Part shown: one piece after another, positions 17,714 to 26,868 of the stretch
Numbering within the stretch: the stretch's first letter is position 1
Layout of the letters: every line of letters begins with the position of its first letter
DNA from: Bacilli bacterium
Lineage (GTDB): Bacteria; Bacillota_I; Bacilli_A; RFN20; CAG-826
Length of the DNA stretch: 64,000 nucleotides
Reading direction: 5' to 3'
NCBI GenBank assembly: GCA_045597865.1
Contig: JAZLKX010000052.1
Coordinates: 64,001 to 128,000, forward strand
Translations under genes and position numbers: made by a program
Notes under the pieces: generated by a model
The model's database searches: none
Told to the model about the DNA's origin: nothing
What the model saw: the letters and a program-made list of their open reading frames with translations, nothing else

Positions 17714-18854
17714 AGACTATATGAAGGCACTTGAAGAAAACCGTGTCTTTGCTTGTGAAGATGAGCATTACATTGGTTTCAAGTACAATGCGCCTACTGT
17801 CATTTTCCATTATTGGGACGATGTAACCTTGAACGCCCGTGGAATTGTCTTTGACAAAGCTACTGGTGAAATTGTGGCTCGTCCTTTCTATAAGTTCTTT
17901 AACTACGAGGAACTTATCAACGGTGCCGGTGCAAGAACTGACATTCTTGATAAGATGGAAGCTTGTGGTTTTAAATTTGACCGCACTGAATCCTTCCGCG
18001 TAATGGACAAACTTGACGGATCTTTAGGAATTATGTTTTACGATAAGTATGCAGGTTCTTGGAGAGTAAAGACAGGCGGAGCTTTTAGCTCAAATCAAGC
18101 AGCGTGGGCAAATGAATGGGCAAAGAAGAACATTACTTCTGGCCTTGACACTTCGCTTACTTACTGCTATGAAATCATCTATGACGCAGATATTCACCCA
18201 ATCTCGTATGACTTTGAGGGCATGGTTCTATTAGGAGCCATTGATACTGCAACAGGTGAGGAAGTATCTTTAGAGCAGCTTCGTCAAATTGCCGTTGAGC
18301 AAAAAGTAAGACTTGCTGACATCATTGAGTTCAAATCATTTGATGAAGCAATCTCTTATGCAAAGAACCTTTCTAAAACAAAGGAAGGTGTTGTGGTGAC
18401 ATTTAAGAACGGTTTCAAGGTAAAGATCAAGGGTCATGAATTCTTGGCTTTGCAGAAACAGTTCCATGCTATCACAAAAGAAATGATCTGGGAGAACTAT
18501 GATTGTGAAAACTGGCTACACCCATACACAGCAGAATTCTTAGCATCTATTCCTGAAGAAATGAAGGAAATGCATGATTATGCTGAAGAGCTTGACAAGA
18601 AGATTTCAGAAGCAACCTATGTTGCACGAAGCACCGCTTATCGTGTGTACAAAATGATTAAAGATGCAAACTTACAGCGCCGTGATGCGTTTGAGTTGAT
18701 TACATCTTGCTTTGCGAAATTCAATCCAAAGCTGGTTGGTCCAGCTATGAAGGTATATTCATTGTTGGAACAGGGTAAGACTGACCGTGACATCAGCTCA
18801 CCTGAATGTGTATCTTCTATTGTCAAGTTAGTTCACCGATTATTCAAACCTTAA
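17691..18854 (+). CDS. rnlA: RNA ligase 1 (T4 RnlA/gp63-like)
   Basis: ARGIVF, RPFYKFFN, motif I KLDGSL, EGVVV, KVKIK. Confidence 0.85.
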   Translation: MTYTPKLEDYMKALEENRVFACEDEHYIGFKYNAPTVIFHYWDDVTLNARGIVFDKATGEIVARPFYKFFNYEELINGAGARTDILDKMEACGFKFDRTESFRVMDKLDGSLGIMFYDKYAGSWRVKTGGAFSSNQAAWANEWAKKNITSGLDTSLTYCYEIIYDADIHPISYDFEGMVLLGAIDTATGEEVSLEQLRQIAVEQKVRLADIIEFKSFDEAISYAKNLSKTKEGVVVTFKNGFKVKIKGHEFLALQKQFHAITKEMIWENYDCENWLHPYTAEFLASIPEEMKEMHDYAEELDKKISEATYVARSTAYRVYKMIKDANLQRRDAFELITSCFAKFNPKLVGPAMKVYSLLEQGKTDRDISSPECVSSIVKLVHRLFKP

Positions 18855-18864
18855 GGAGGAATCA

Positions 18865-19158
18865 ATGGCAAGTCCATTTGGTGACTACTATAAGTTAGTC
18901 AGAGCTGCATTTAAGGAATATGCTGCAGGTCCAGAACCGGGCCTTACTGCATCCTTTAATGAAAACGAAGATACACTCACGCTTCATCTTTCAGTAAAAG
19001 ATGGCGATGAAGAACTTCAGTATTTTTACATCTGGGGCAACAACCCGTTGACTCTTATGTATAAAGGTGATACGAAGATCTTTACTGCTTCACATGAACA
19101 GATGTTTGACAAAATTGCATACATCGCACATGATTGGAAACGTACAAAGAAAATCTAA
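18865..19158 (+). CDS. hypothetical protein
   Basis: RBS AGGAGG. Confidence 0.6.
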   Translation: MASPFGDYYKLVRAAFKEYAAGPEPGLTASFNENEDTLTLHLSVKDGDEELQYFYIWGNNPLTLMYKGDTKIFTASHEQMFDKIAYIAHDWKRTKKI

Positions 19159-19751
19159 TGAAAAGACTAATCGCAATCTTATTGGCGGTATGTACTTTAT
19201 CTTTTGCCGGCTATGGTGATTACAGCTATGACAGCGGTATCTCCAACGCTGGCATTATTGCTATTCAAACAGCAAGTGAAGACATACTTGAAACGCAAAA
19301 GAACATAACCTTCCCTGAAGCAAATTACATTGCCCGTTTGGTTTATGATGAAACCTACGCATCACCTTTGGAATTTTCCTATGTGATGGCGATTATCAAA
19401 ACCGAATCACGATTTAATGTAAATGCAAAATCATATTGCGGCGCGATGGGTCTTATGCAGATCATGCCTAAAACATTTGAGGCAGTAGCTAAGAAAAATG
19501 GCTTGCCTTATACACGACATGATGCGTATGATCCTAAGAAGAACATTCAGATCGGCGTACTGTATTTAGAATCTCTCTATGAAAGGTATGCTCATCTTGA
19601 TTATGTATCTGCCGGCTATAATGGCGGGCCGGGTGCTGCGAACAAATATGTGAAGGGAAAGTTTTATCACATGCCTAAGCAAACACAAAATTATGTTATG
19701 AAGGTTCGCCAATATCATAACGAATACAGAACTCTTATAGGAGACATTTAA
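19158..19751 (+). CDS. lytic transglycosylase (SLT domain) with signal peptide
   Basis: IKTESRF, GAMGLMQIMP, NIQIGVLYL, AGYNGGPG, TQNYV. Confidence 0.9.
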   Translation: MKRLIAILLAVCTLSFAGYGDYSYDSGISNAGIIAIQTASEDILETQKNITFPEANYIARLVYDETYASPLEFSYVMAIIKTESRFNVNAKSYCGAMGLMQIMPKTFEAVAKKNGLPYTRHDAYDPKKNIQIGVLYLESLYERYAHLDYVSAGYNGGPGAANKYVKGKFYHMPKQTQNYVMKVRQYHNEYRTLIGDI

Positions 19752-19752
19752 A

Positions 19753-20055
19753 ATGATTTATGGATTGATTATCACACTTATGCTTCTTGCTTTACTTGTA
19801 ACCACATACAAGTGGCTCACAACACGTGATGAGAAAACATTCTATTCAATTAACCAGGAAGGCGATGCAAACGGTAATACGATTTACAAGCTTTACATCG
19901 TAACAGAAAGTGGTGGCCGTCAGTACATTGGTAAGTTTGATAATGTTGAAACGGCTAAGGCTAAAATTACTGCTTTGAAGGAAAAAGCTGCCAAAGAAGC
20001 AGAAGCACTTCTTAAGTCTACTATTAAGACTGAGGTGTACCGCGAGGATATGTAA
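19753..20055 (+). CDS. membrane-anchored hypothetical protein
   Basis: N-terminal TM helix. Confidence 0.6.
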   Translation: MIYGLIITLMLLALLVTTYKWLTTRDEKTFYSINQEGDANGNTIYKLYIVTESGGRQYIGKFDNVETAKAKITALKEKAAKEAEALLKSTIKTEVYREDM

Positions 20056-20373
20056 ATGACGAAGGCATATTTGAAGGTCAACAAAACATTGCCCGGCAAC
20101 AAGCAGCTGGAAATTTCAGAAGTTGCTGGACCTTTGTTTTCCGTTGCCTACCGGCAGGTTCTTGAGAATAGCACATCAGATATCCATTTTGATTATGTTA
20201 TCTTGAATGTCGGCGGAACCGATTATGACCTTTCCAAATGTACTTTGGTAGAATTAACTAATGGAAATAATGGAAAAATTGTGTTGCATAACAATTTTGG
20301 AAACATATCGTGTGATGGCACACAGATTAGTCCTTCCGAACTTGTTAAGAAACTACACGAAGAATGCTTTTAG
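20056..20373 (+). CDS. hypothetical protein
   Basis: Contiguous ORF in operon. Confidence 0.6.
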   Translation: MTKAYLKVNKTLPGNKQLEISEVAGPLFSVAYRQVLENSTSDIHFDYVILNVGGTDYDLSKCTLVELTNGNNGKIVLHNNFGNISCDGTQISPSELVKKLHEECF

Positions 20374-20405
20374 ATTATTCCTGCTGTAAATTGCCTTGAT
20401 TGGGG

Positions 20406-20434
20406 TTTACAGTAGGGTTAAAAGTTGTTATATT
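20406..20434 (+). promoter_or_regulatory. early promoter
   Basis: TTTACA-17 nt-TATATT with TG extension. Confidence 0.6.
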
Positions 20435-20517
20435 TTACTCGTAATCAAAAACAACAAACAAAAATAAATTACTACTGCAGCGATATTTGCGCTGATGTAA
20501 CACAACTTGAGGGCACT

Positions 20518-21234
20518 ATGGCAAAAGAACTCGACCACGGCTTTGTTTATCTCATCACCAACGGCGATTTTGAAAGGCTCGGAAGTTACAAGATTGGAAA
20601 GACTGTTTCAGTTGAACAGCGTCTTGCTAACTTTAATTCCTCAACGGAATCTTTGCCGGATTGGCGAGCCATCGCTTACATTGAAACCGACCAGCAGAGT
20701 TTGCTTGAAAGCACGCTGCACTTGATTTTTAAAGAACATCGTCGTTCTTCTCGTCGTGAACTGTTTGACTTTGCTGAAGACCGCGATGATGGATTCTGTC
20801 TTGATGAAGTATTGGACATCTTTGAACGTCAGGCGGAACTTATTGGCGGAACCTTTACTTTGGCTGAAACGCCAACTGAAAAGGAAACAACCGTTCGTAC
20901 ATGCAACCAGCCGAAGAATAAGTTTAGCTTTAAGGCACTTGTTGGCCTTCGCGATGGCGATGAACTTATTTGGGATGTTGGCGATGGTGTTCATTCCCAG
21001 AAATTTTACGTATCATCTGTACACAAGATGGGTAATACTTATCTTGTCACTGATCCGAATGATGTAAACTCAACGGATCCTGCGGTTTACCGATCCCTAA
21101 GTTCCATGGGATTATGGCTCAGTAATGCTTTCCCGGGCTTAGACCGAGAACAGTATTGGGACCGTTCAAACTGGTATTTCGGTGGAAAATCCTTCAAGGA
21201 TTATTTTGACGAATACCTCCAAAACTTAACTTAA
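20518..21234 (+). CDS. T5orf172/GIY-YIG-like domain protein
   Basis: GFVYLI...YKIGKT..VEQRL...LE..LH..F...R...RELF. Confidence 0.75.
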   Translation: MAKELDHGFVYLITNGDFERLGSYKIGKTVSVEQRLANFNSSTESLPDWRAIAYIETDQQSLLESTLHLIFKEHRRSSRRELFDFAEDRDDGFCLDEVLDIFERQAELIGGTFTLAETPTEKETTVRTCNQPKNKFSFKALVGLRDGDELIWDVGDGVHSQKFYVSSVHKMGNTYLVTDPNDVNSTDPAVYRSLSSMGLWLSNAFPGLDREQYWDRSNWYFGGKSFKDYFDEYLQNLT

Positions 21235-21250
21235 ACAAGGACAATACACA

Positions 21251-22534
21251 ATGTCAAATGGTAAAATCACTGTAGGCGCATTCCTCGCCACTCTTATCAC
21301 TATCATCGCCATCTTCATCTGTGCCAAGTGCATTGATGAAAATGACGCAACCCACATTCTTGTCAAGCAGAGCTGGCCGTCTGGCGAACTCTCTTGCGTG
21401 GACCACCCAGGTATGTTCTGGTCTGGCTTCTCAACAATTTACCGTTATGAACGAGCACGAACCTTCTACTTCAACTCCTCTACGGAAAAGGTAAAGGGTA
21501 AGGCTTGGGAAGGCGATGATACTGATGAAGACAACGTCAAGGTAACTCTATCAAGAAATGCTAAGGCGGAAATCGCAGGCGTTATTAAATACCAGATTCC
21601 AACAAACTGCGATGAACTTATCAGACTACATACTGACTGGCATTCAGATGATAAGGTTAAACATGACCTTGTAAGAAATGCTACTGTTGCTGCTGTTAAG
21701 AAGACCGCACCTGTATTTACTGCTGAAGAAGCAAAGGTTACAAAGATTGCTGAGTTCCGAAGACTTGTTGAAGACCAGCTTGTTGAAGGTGAATACATGA
21801 CGGTAACTGAAGACCGCGATGAAAAGGTTACTGATGATGAATACGCTCCTGATGGAAAGTTGATTAAGAAAGGCGAAGTTCAGAAGTATACTGTTACTAA
21901 GCTAAAGCTTGATACTTTGGGTCAGCGCATTATCATTAAGCCGTCTAACTTGACGAAGTACGGAATTAAGATTCTTACTTGCGATGTTCAAGATGTAACC
22001 CTTGACCAGAAGACACAGGCACAGCTGGATATTATCCGCGACCGTGAAATGAAGCGAGTGGAAAATGCGACAAAGGCAGAAACTGCTAAGCAGGCCGCTA
22101 TCACTGCGAATGAAGAAGGTAAGGCAAGGGTAGCCGCTGAAAAGGCTGAACAGGAAGTTGCAAAGATCCGAGCTGTTGTTCAGGCGGAAAAAGAAAAGGA
22201 AGTTGCGGAACTTGAAGCTAAGAAGGAATTTGAAGTTGCCAAATTTGCTGCGCTAACTGCTCAGGAAGAAGCAAAGAAGATTAAAGCACAGGGTGAAGCT
22301 GAAGCTGCCGCAAACCGTGCTAAGGTATTGGCTGGCCTTACACCCCAAGAAAAAGCCGAATGGGAATACAAAACTCGTGTAGGCATTGCGGAAGCTATTG
22401 CTAAATCTTCTCAGCCGATCGTGCCTGAAATCATGATGGTTGGCGGCGATAGCAAGAGTGGCGGAAGTAATACCGCAATGGACGCCGTTGGATTGAACAT
22501 GCTTATGGACATCACACAGAAGATGGCTAAGTAA
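21251..22534 (+). CDS. SPFH/band 7 (prohibitin-like) membrane protein
   Basis: N-terminal TM, band-7-like body, long Ala/Glu-rich coiled coil, VPEIMMVGG tail. Confidence 0.8.
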   Translation: MSNGKITVGAFLATLITIIAIFICAKCIDENDATHILVKQSWPSGELSCVDHPGMFWSGFSTIYRYERARTFYFNSSTEKVKGKAWEGDDTDEDNVKVTLSRNAKAEIAGVIKYQIPTNCDELIRLHTDWHSDDKVKHDLVRNATVAAVKKTAPVFTAEEAKVTKIAEFRRLVEDQLVEGEYMTVTEDRDEKVTDDEYAPDGKLIKKGEVQKYTVTKLKLDTLGQRIIIKPSNLTKYGIKILTCDVQDVTLDQKTQAQLDIIRDREMKRVENATKAETAKQAAITANEEGKARVAAEKAEQEVAKIRAVVQAEKEKEVAELEAKKEFEVAKFAALTAQEEAKKIKAQGEAEAAANRAKVLAGLTPQEKAEWEYKTRVGIAEAIAKSSQPIVPEIMMVGGDSKSGGSNTAMDAVGLNMLMDITQKMAK

Positions 22535-22549
22535 ATCCATTGAAACTAT

Positions 22550-22576
22550 AAGGCGGCTCTTAGGGGTCGCCTTTTT
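22550..22576 (+). terminator. Rho-independent terminator
   Basis: AAGGCGGCTC-TTAG-GGGTCGCCTT plus T tract. Confidence 0.7.
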
Positions 22577-22733
22577 ATACTTTCAAAAAAGGAATCGTAA
22601 ATAAGCGGTTTCTTTTCCGGAGGTATGAAAGATGTTTATGCTTTTACCAGTTGTAATGTTTATAACCGTTGTTGCTACTTGTGTTGCGACAAATAACTAG
22701 GGAAACGCAATATAAAATTAAAGAGGAATGTAA

Positions 22734-22976
22734 ATGACGTTCAAAGACATCGCGTTAAATGAACTTGCTGCAACAATTAAGCGACAGGAAATCATTATTA
22801 AGAACTGCACAGATCCTGAAGAACGGTTTGTTGCATTAAACATCGCGGAAAACCTTAAGTAGATTAAAGCACAACTGGTTGAATATGTAAAGACACCAGC
22901 ATTCGCACAAGCCGTAAAAATGTATCAAGATTCTCTCGCGGCTGAAACTGAGGAGGAAACTAAAGATGACAAATAA
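22734..22976 (+). CDS. hypothetical protein interrupted by in-frame TAG (22860-22862)
   Basis: RBS AGAGGA; MTFKDIALNEL...ENLK*IKAQLVEY...KDDK* fills the gap and overlaps the next start. Confidence 0.5.
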
Positions 22977-23661
22977 CTTTGAACAAATCAGATCTCTTTT
23001 GAAGTTTGAAAATGAAGGCGACTGCTATTATGTTCAGTTGCTTCGCAGACAGTCAGATGATCCGCTGATTGATGGTAAGAAAGATCCTAAGTATCATGGA
23101 AACATGCATTCACGCAGTATCAAGGATTACTTTATTCGTTCACTTGAACACTTTGATGATGTTAAGGAAGATATCATCAAGCTTTGTGAAATGTTCAATG
23201 TTCGTGCATATATTCGTTTGAACAAGCGTACATATAAGCGTATTGCTTTGGTAATGCTGAGACATATCGCAGAACAGGCTGCATCTGGTGAAACCTATTC
23301 TTCGCCTTTTCATATGATTGCATCTGCCGCGGGTACCGCAAACTGTGCAGGCGATGATAAAACATGGATTGTTGATGAAGACGCTGAATATCTGCGTTAT
23401 GAAGAAAAGATCAAGGCTATTATTGAACAGTGTGAACCAACTGACCGTCAAAAGGTTATTGCGGTAATTCCTACAAAGTCAGGTCGTCATCTTATTACCA
23501 GACCGTTTAATCTTCAAACGTTTAAGACACTTTGGGAAAAGGATGAAGACTTGCAAACTTTAGAAGTTTTGGACATTCACAAAGATAACCCAACTATCTT
23601 GTATGTTCCGGGACCAGACAAGTGCAAGACATACGAGGAAGTGGTAAATCGTGAGGGATAA
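22966..23661 (+). CDS. hypothetical protein
   Basis: 231-aa ORF; RBS GAGGAGG. Confidence 0.7.
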   Translation: MTNNFEQIRSLLKFENEGDCYYVQLLRRQSDDPLIDGKKDPKYHGNMHSRSIKDYFIRSLEHFDDVKEDIIKLCEMFNVRAYIRLNKRTYKRIALVMLRHIAEQAASGETYSSPFHMIASAAGTANCAGDDKTWIVDEDAEYLRYEEKIKAIIEQCEPTDRQKVIAVIPTKSGRHLITRPFNLQTFKTLWEKDEDLQTLEVLDIHKDNPTILYVPGPDKCKTYEEVVNREG

Positions 23662-24270
23662 ATGCTAGAAAAAATTTTTGATGGCATGTTGAGATTTTTG
23701 AACGGTCCTGCCACACAAGATCAGCCACCTCCGCAAGTGATTGTTGACACAAAGCCAAGAGAGGAAACCTTGGAAACCGATATGCAGCTTCCTCCACCGC
23801 CACCTCCGCGTATTCAGTATGTTGATCCTAGTGAACAGTTTGAAACGTCATGGAAACAGGTACCATCTTTTAGCGGGTATGTCGGATCCGGTTTTAACCC
23901 ATGGGTATCATCTGTATCGGGTTGTACCACGTCAGCGGCAGGTGTGGTACATAGCCCATATATGGAAGCACCGGTCATAGCATGGGCTGCCTTGAATGAA
24001 ACAAAGGAAACATTAAGCAAAATCATTGAAGCAATAAATGAAAAAGGAAGAACGGGATTTACGATGCGTTGTGAAAACGATCCGCCTACTTCCATTGACC
24101 TGCTGTATAATGATGAAATGATTGCACAGGTAGTTGGTGATAGGTTTACCATTCCTTCGTTAGCTGGTGATGTAAATGTTTACATGCGTCACATGCCGAC
24201 CGAAGATATTGCACGTGTAGCTGATGTTATCATTACGATTTGTGATACACGCGATGAAGAAAGAAAATGA
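23662..24270 (+). CDS. hypothetical Pro-rich protein
   Basis: Contiguous ORF. Confidence 0.6.
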   Translation: MLEKIFDGMLRFLNGPATQDQPPPQVIVDTKPREETLETDMQLPPPPPPRIQYVDPSEQFETSWKQVPSFSGYVGSGFNPWVSSVSGCTTSAAGVVHSPYMEAPVIAWAALNETKETLSKIIEAINEKGRTGFTMRCENDPPTSIDLLYNDEMIAQVVGDRFTIPSLAGDVNVYMRHMPTEDIARVADVIITICDTRDEERK

Positions 24271-24317
24271 AAAGCAAAGCTGGCAAGTAAACTTAAGATT
24301 TTATCTGAAGGTTAATC

Positions 24318-24803
24318 ATGGGTGTAAATACTGAAATAAGTAAACGAATACACGGATATTTGGCAGGCGTCGTTATGCCTAGACATGTATCTGTATCTGG
24401 AACTGTTTCATGTCCTATTAGTGATGATTTTCATTTAGACCGCGGTGTAATGCTTGCCTGCATTCATGAAGTAGAACCTGGGTTAGATGTTGCATGGATA
24501 CAACAGCCGAATAAGTACTATCCACAGTGCTTAGAAGAAAAAATAGAAATCAACCAAATTGCTGTTGCTGTTGTTTCGTATGACACACTTTTCATTGACA
24601 CACAGATACCCGGACATTACCAAAGACTTGGCTATGAAATGTCAGACAGATATGAAATAAAACTTCGTGATGCAGAACAGATGAAAAACATAGCAAAGCT
24701 GCTTGTTGAGAACTATCATCGGTTTCTCGAGATTGAAACGGCAATGGAACAATGGGAAGCTGCTAGAAAGAAGTTCATTTCTCGACTTGACTGTGTGAAA
24801 TAA
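24318..24803 (+). CDS. hypothetical protein
   Basis: 161-aa ORF. Confidence 0.6.
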   Translation: MGVNTEISKRIHGYLAGVVMPRHVSVSGTVSCPISDDFHLDRGVMLACIHEVEPGLDVAWIQQPNKYYPQCLEEKIEINQIAVAVVSYDTLFIDTQIPGHYQRLGYEMSDRYEIKLRDAEQMKNIAKLLVENYHRFLEIETAMEQWEAARKKFISRLDCVK

Positions 24804-24830
24804 TAAATAATAACAAAGGAGATTAAACCT

Positions 24831-25244
24831 ATGTTATACAGAATTAGTTTTCATGCTGGCGACGATGGCTTAGTTGCCAATGATGTATTTCAGGCATTAA
24901 ATGCTGAGAATGAAATGGTTCCAAAGGATGACGGCTGGTACCTTTTTACGAATTATGCTTATATTAAAAATGAAGGTGCTTATCTTTACATCAAGTGCAA
25001 AGACGAACATTTCGTTAAGGGAATGGTAGATTGGATCGTTCGTTCATATAAAGAATATGAACCTGAAGCAACCGAATGCGCTGAAACAAATGAAAAGGTT
25101 GAGTCAACATACAACCCAACATCGAGACGTGAAGCATTCCGTGCTATGAGAAAGGGTCACCTTGAACTGCATAAGCTTTCTGAGGCATTTACCGTTTTGA
25201 GAAATGCTGGCGCTAAAATTATCAAGGAAGACAAAGAAAGGTAA
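24831..25244 (+). CDS. hypothetical late protein
   Basis: Late promoter at 24804, RBS AAGGAG; C-terminal KLSEAFTVLRNAGAKIIKE motif. Confidence 0.65.
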   Translation: MLYRISFHAGDDGLVANDVFQALNAENEMVPKDDGWYLFTNYAYIKNEGAYLYIKCKDEHFVKGMVDWIVRSYKEYEPEATECAETNEKVESTYNPTSRREAFRAMRKGHLELHKLSEAFTVLRNAGAKIIKEDKER

Positions 25245-25276
25245 GTAATGGATACTGATAGCTAAGAAAATTTTTA

Positions 25277-25311
25277 AGCCGGTACGAAAAGTGCCGGTTT
25301 TTTGTTATATT
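25277..25311 (+). terminator. terminator fused to TGTTATATT promoter element
   Basis: GCCGGTAC-GAAAA-GTGCCGGT, T tract, GTTATATT. Confidence 0.7.
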
Positions 25312-25336
25312 TGAATAAAGTAAAAAGGAGTACTTA

Positions 25337-25639
25337 ATGACGACAGATCAGTTCGCGCTGTGGAAATTTAAGGCTATAGAAGGTATTCTTGAAAACTTTC
25401 AGGCTGCGGATTTTAACACAACCCGTTTTATTAAAGGCTTTGAAACATACCTTATTACTTACGATGTAGCGCATTTAACTTGTAAGATTGAAAACATGAG
25501 TAAGCTGGACTTTGATCCGATCATTGTGCCTTTCAAGGAACTTGTAAATAAACTGAAAGAAATGGGCGTGTATCGTGAACGCCGTACAATGCGCCATTCA
25601 AATTCATACATTCCATTTACAGGTAGCTTGGAGAATTAA
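25337..25639 (+). CDS. hypothetical protein
   Basis: RBS AAGGAG. Confidence 0.65.
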   Translation: MTTDQFALWKFKAIEGILENFQAADFNTTRFIKGFETYLITYDVAHLTCKIENMSKLDFDPIIVPFKELVNKLKEMGVYRERRTMRHSNSYIPFTGSLEN

Positions 25640-26143
25640 ATGACTGAACTTACAGGTTTCGTTTTAATCGCATCAATCATTGGTAACATTGCATTCGGAT
25701 TTAAATCGCTTTCACAGGTGATTAAATGTATTCGTAGCCGTTCAGTTTATGGAATTAGCCCGCTTATGCTAATTCTTGACTTCATAGGTAACATCGGCTG
25801 TGGATATTCAATTTACATGACGACAGGTTTTACTTTGTGGCCACAGTTCGTAAATTACTTCTGCGCTACATTGTTCCTGATTATCTTATTTGTGCTTTTG
25901 GCTACATTTGGAAAGAAAAAAGAGGTGCTTTGTAAAGAAAGCGAAATGATTGAAATGAAACGAAAGGCTGATATGCATGATAGGCTGCTGAAGATGGATC
26001 CTTCATATGCAAAGAAATCTGCAGCCGTAATCTTATCAGATGCAAAGATACAATGTGCTACACATAATACCAAGTATACTGTAATTGATGGGCATGTTCG
26101 CCCTATTCCAGAAGATGATCATATACAACACAATGAGGATTAG
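25640..26143 (+). CDS. PQ-loop/SemiSWEET-like membrane protein
   Basis: Three TM helices with SLSQVIKCIRSRSVYGIS (PQ-loop pattern). Confidence 0.6.
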   Translation: MTELTGFVLIASIIGNIAFGFKSLSQVIKCIRSRSVYGISPLMLILDFIGNIGCGYSIYMTTGFTLWPQFVNYFCATLFLIILFVLLATFGKKKEVLCKESEMIEMKRKADMHDRLLKMDPSYAKKSAAVILSDAKIQCATHNTKYTVIDGHVRPIPEDDHIQHNED

Positions 26144-26314
26144 ATAAGTTGACAGATCCTGAGCAGATTAACTTAGATTTGCCTATTGACTATTCAGAAC
26201 CGTATTGTAATTTTGATAAAGAAAAATTCTCGGCTGAAAAGACAACCGAGAAAGATCCTAAATTTGAACTTGCTAAAGCGTTAGCTCAAGCAGCGATTAC
26301 TAAGACAGTTACGA

Positions 26315-26788
26315 TTACGAAATCTTTTTAATTCTGAAACTGAAGAGACAGTTCTTCTTATTGTCTAAGTTATCATCACCCCAGTGTTCAGGACTTGCCG
26401 CAAACCATTCAAGTGCCTTATCAGCAACGCCTGCTTTAAAACGGCTATAACCTGCTTGGCGAACGGCACCGCGGAAGAAGTCATCACATTCTTCACGAGT
26501 GAAGGTTCCCTTGATTCCTCTAGATGAATACAAGCAGTCATGCAACACAGCACCCATGTCGTATGTCAAGTTCTTATCGTCCCACTTAGGAAGGAACCAT
26601 TGGAATGCTTTAGGCACACTAGCCCCATCTGTGCGGAAATCACGCTTGCATAACAAGTCAAGCTGATAGGTGTCTTTGTTCTTAGTATAAGTTGCGGTAA
26701 TCGTAGCGTCTTTAGTAAATGTCCAAATCTTTTTCTTTTCAGTTGTTTGAATATCAGTGAACTTTAATTCTTTCAATGATACTGCCAT
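26315..26788 (-). CDS. DUF1353-family protein
   Basis: FRTDGASVP, AVLHDCLY, TREECDDFF; late promoter on minus strand at 26805-26810. Confidence 0.8.
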   Translation of the reverse strand: MAVSLKELKFTDIQTTEKKKIWTFTKDATITATYTKNKDTYQLDLLCKRDFRTDGASVPKAFQWFLPKWDDKNLTYDMGAVLHDCLYSSRGIKGTFTREECDDFFRGAVRQAGYSRFKAGVADKALEWFAASPEHWGDDNLDNKKNCLFSFRIKKIS

Positions 26789-26868
26789 AATTTACCTCCT
26801 TTATTATTTACAAATTTTCTTAAAAAATTACCCACATAAATAATCCAGCTAACAAACATGGAGCTTTT

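Noticed and set aside
22625-22714. Tiny ORF(s) after GGAGGT
   Set aside because: Two competing frames of under 30 codons; cannot decide which, if either, is real
26149-26331. 60-aa ORF starting at TTG
   Set aside because: Weak start, no RBS, and overlaps the convergent DUF1353 stop; insufficient support
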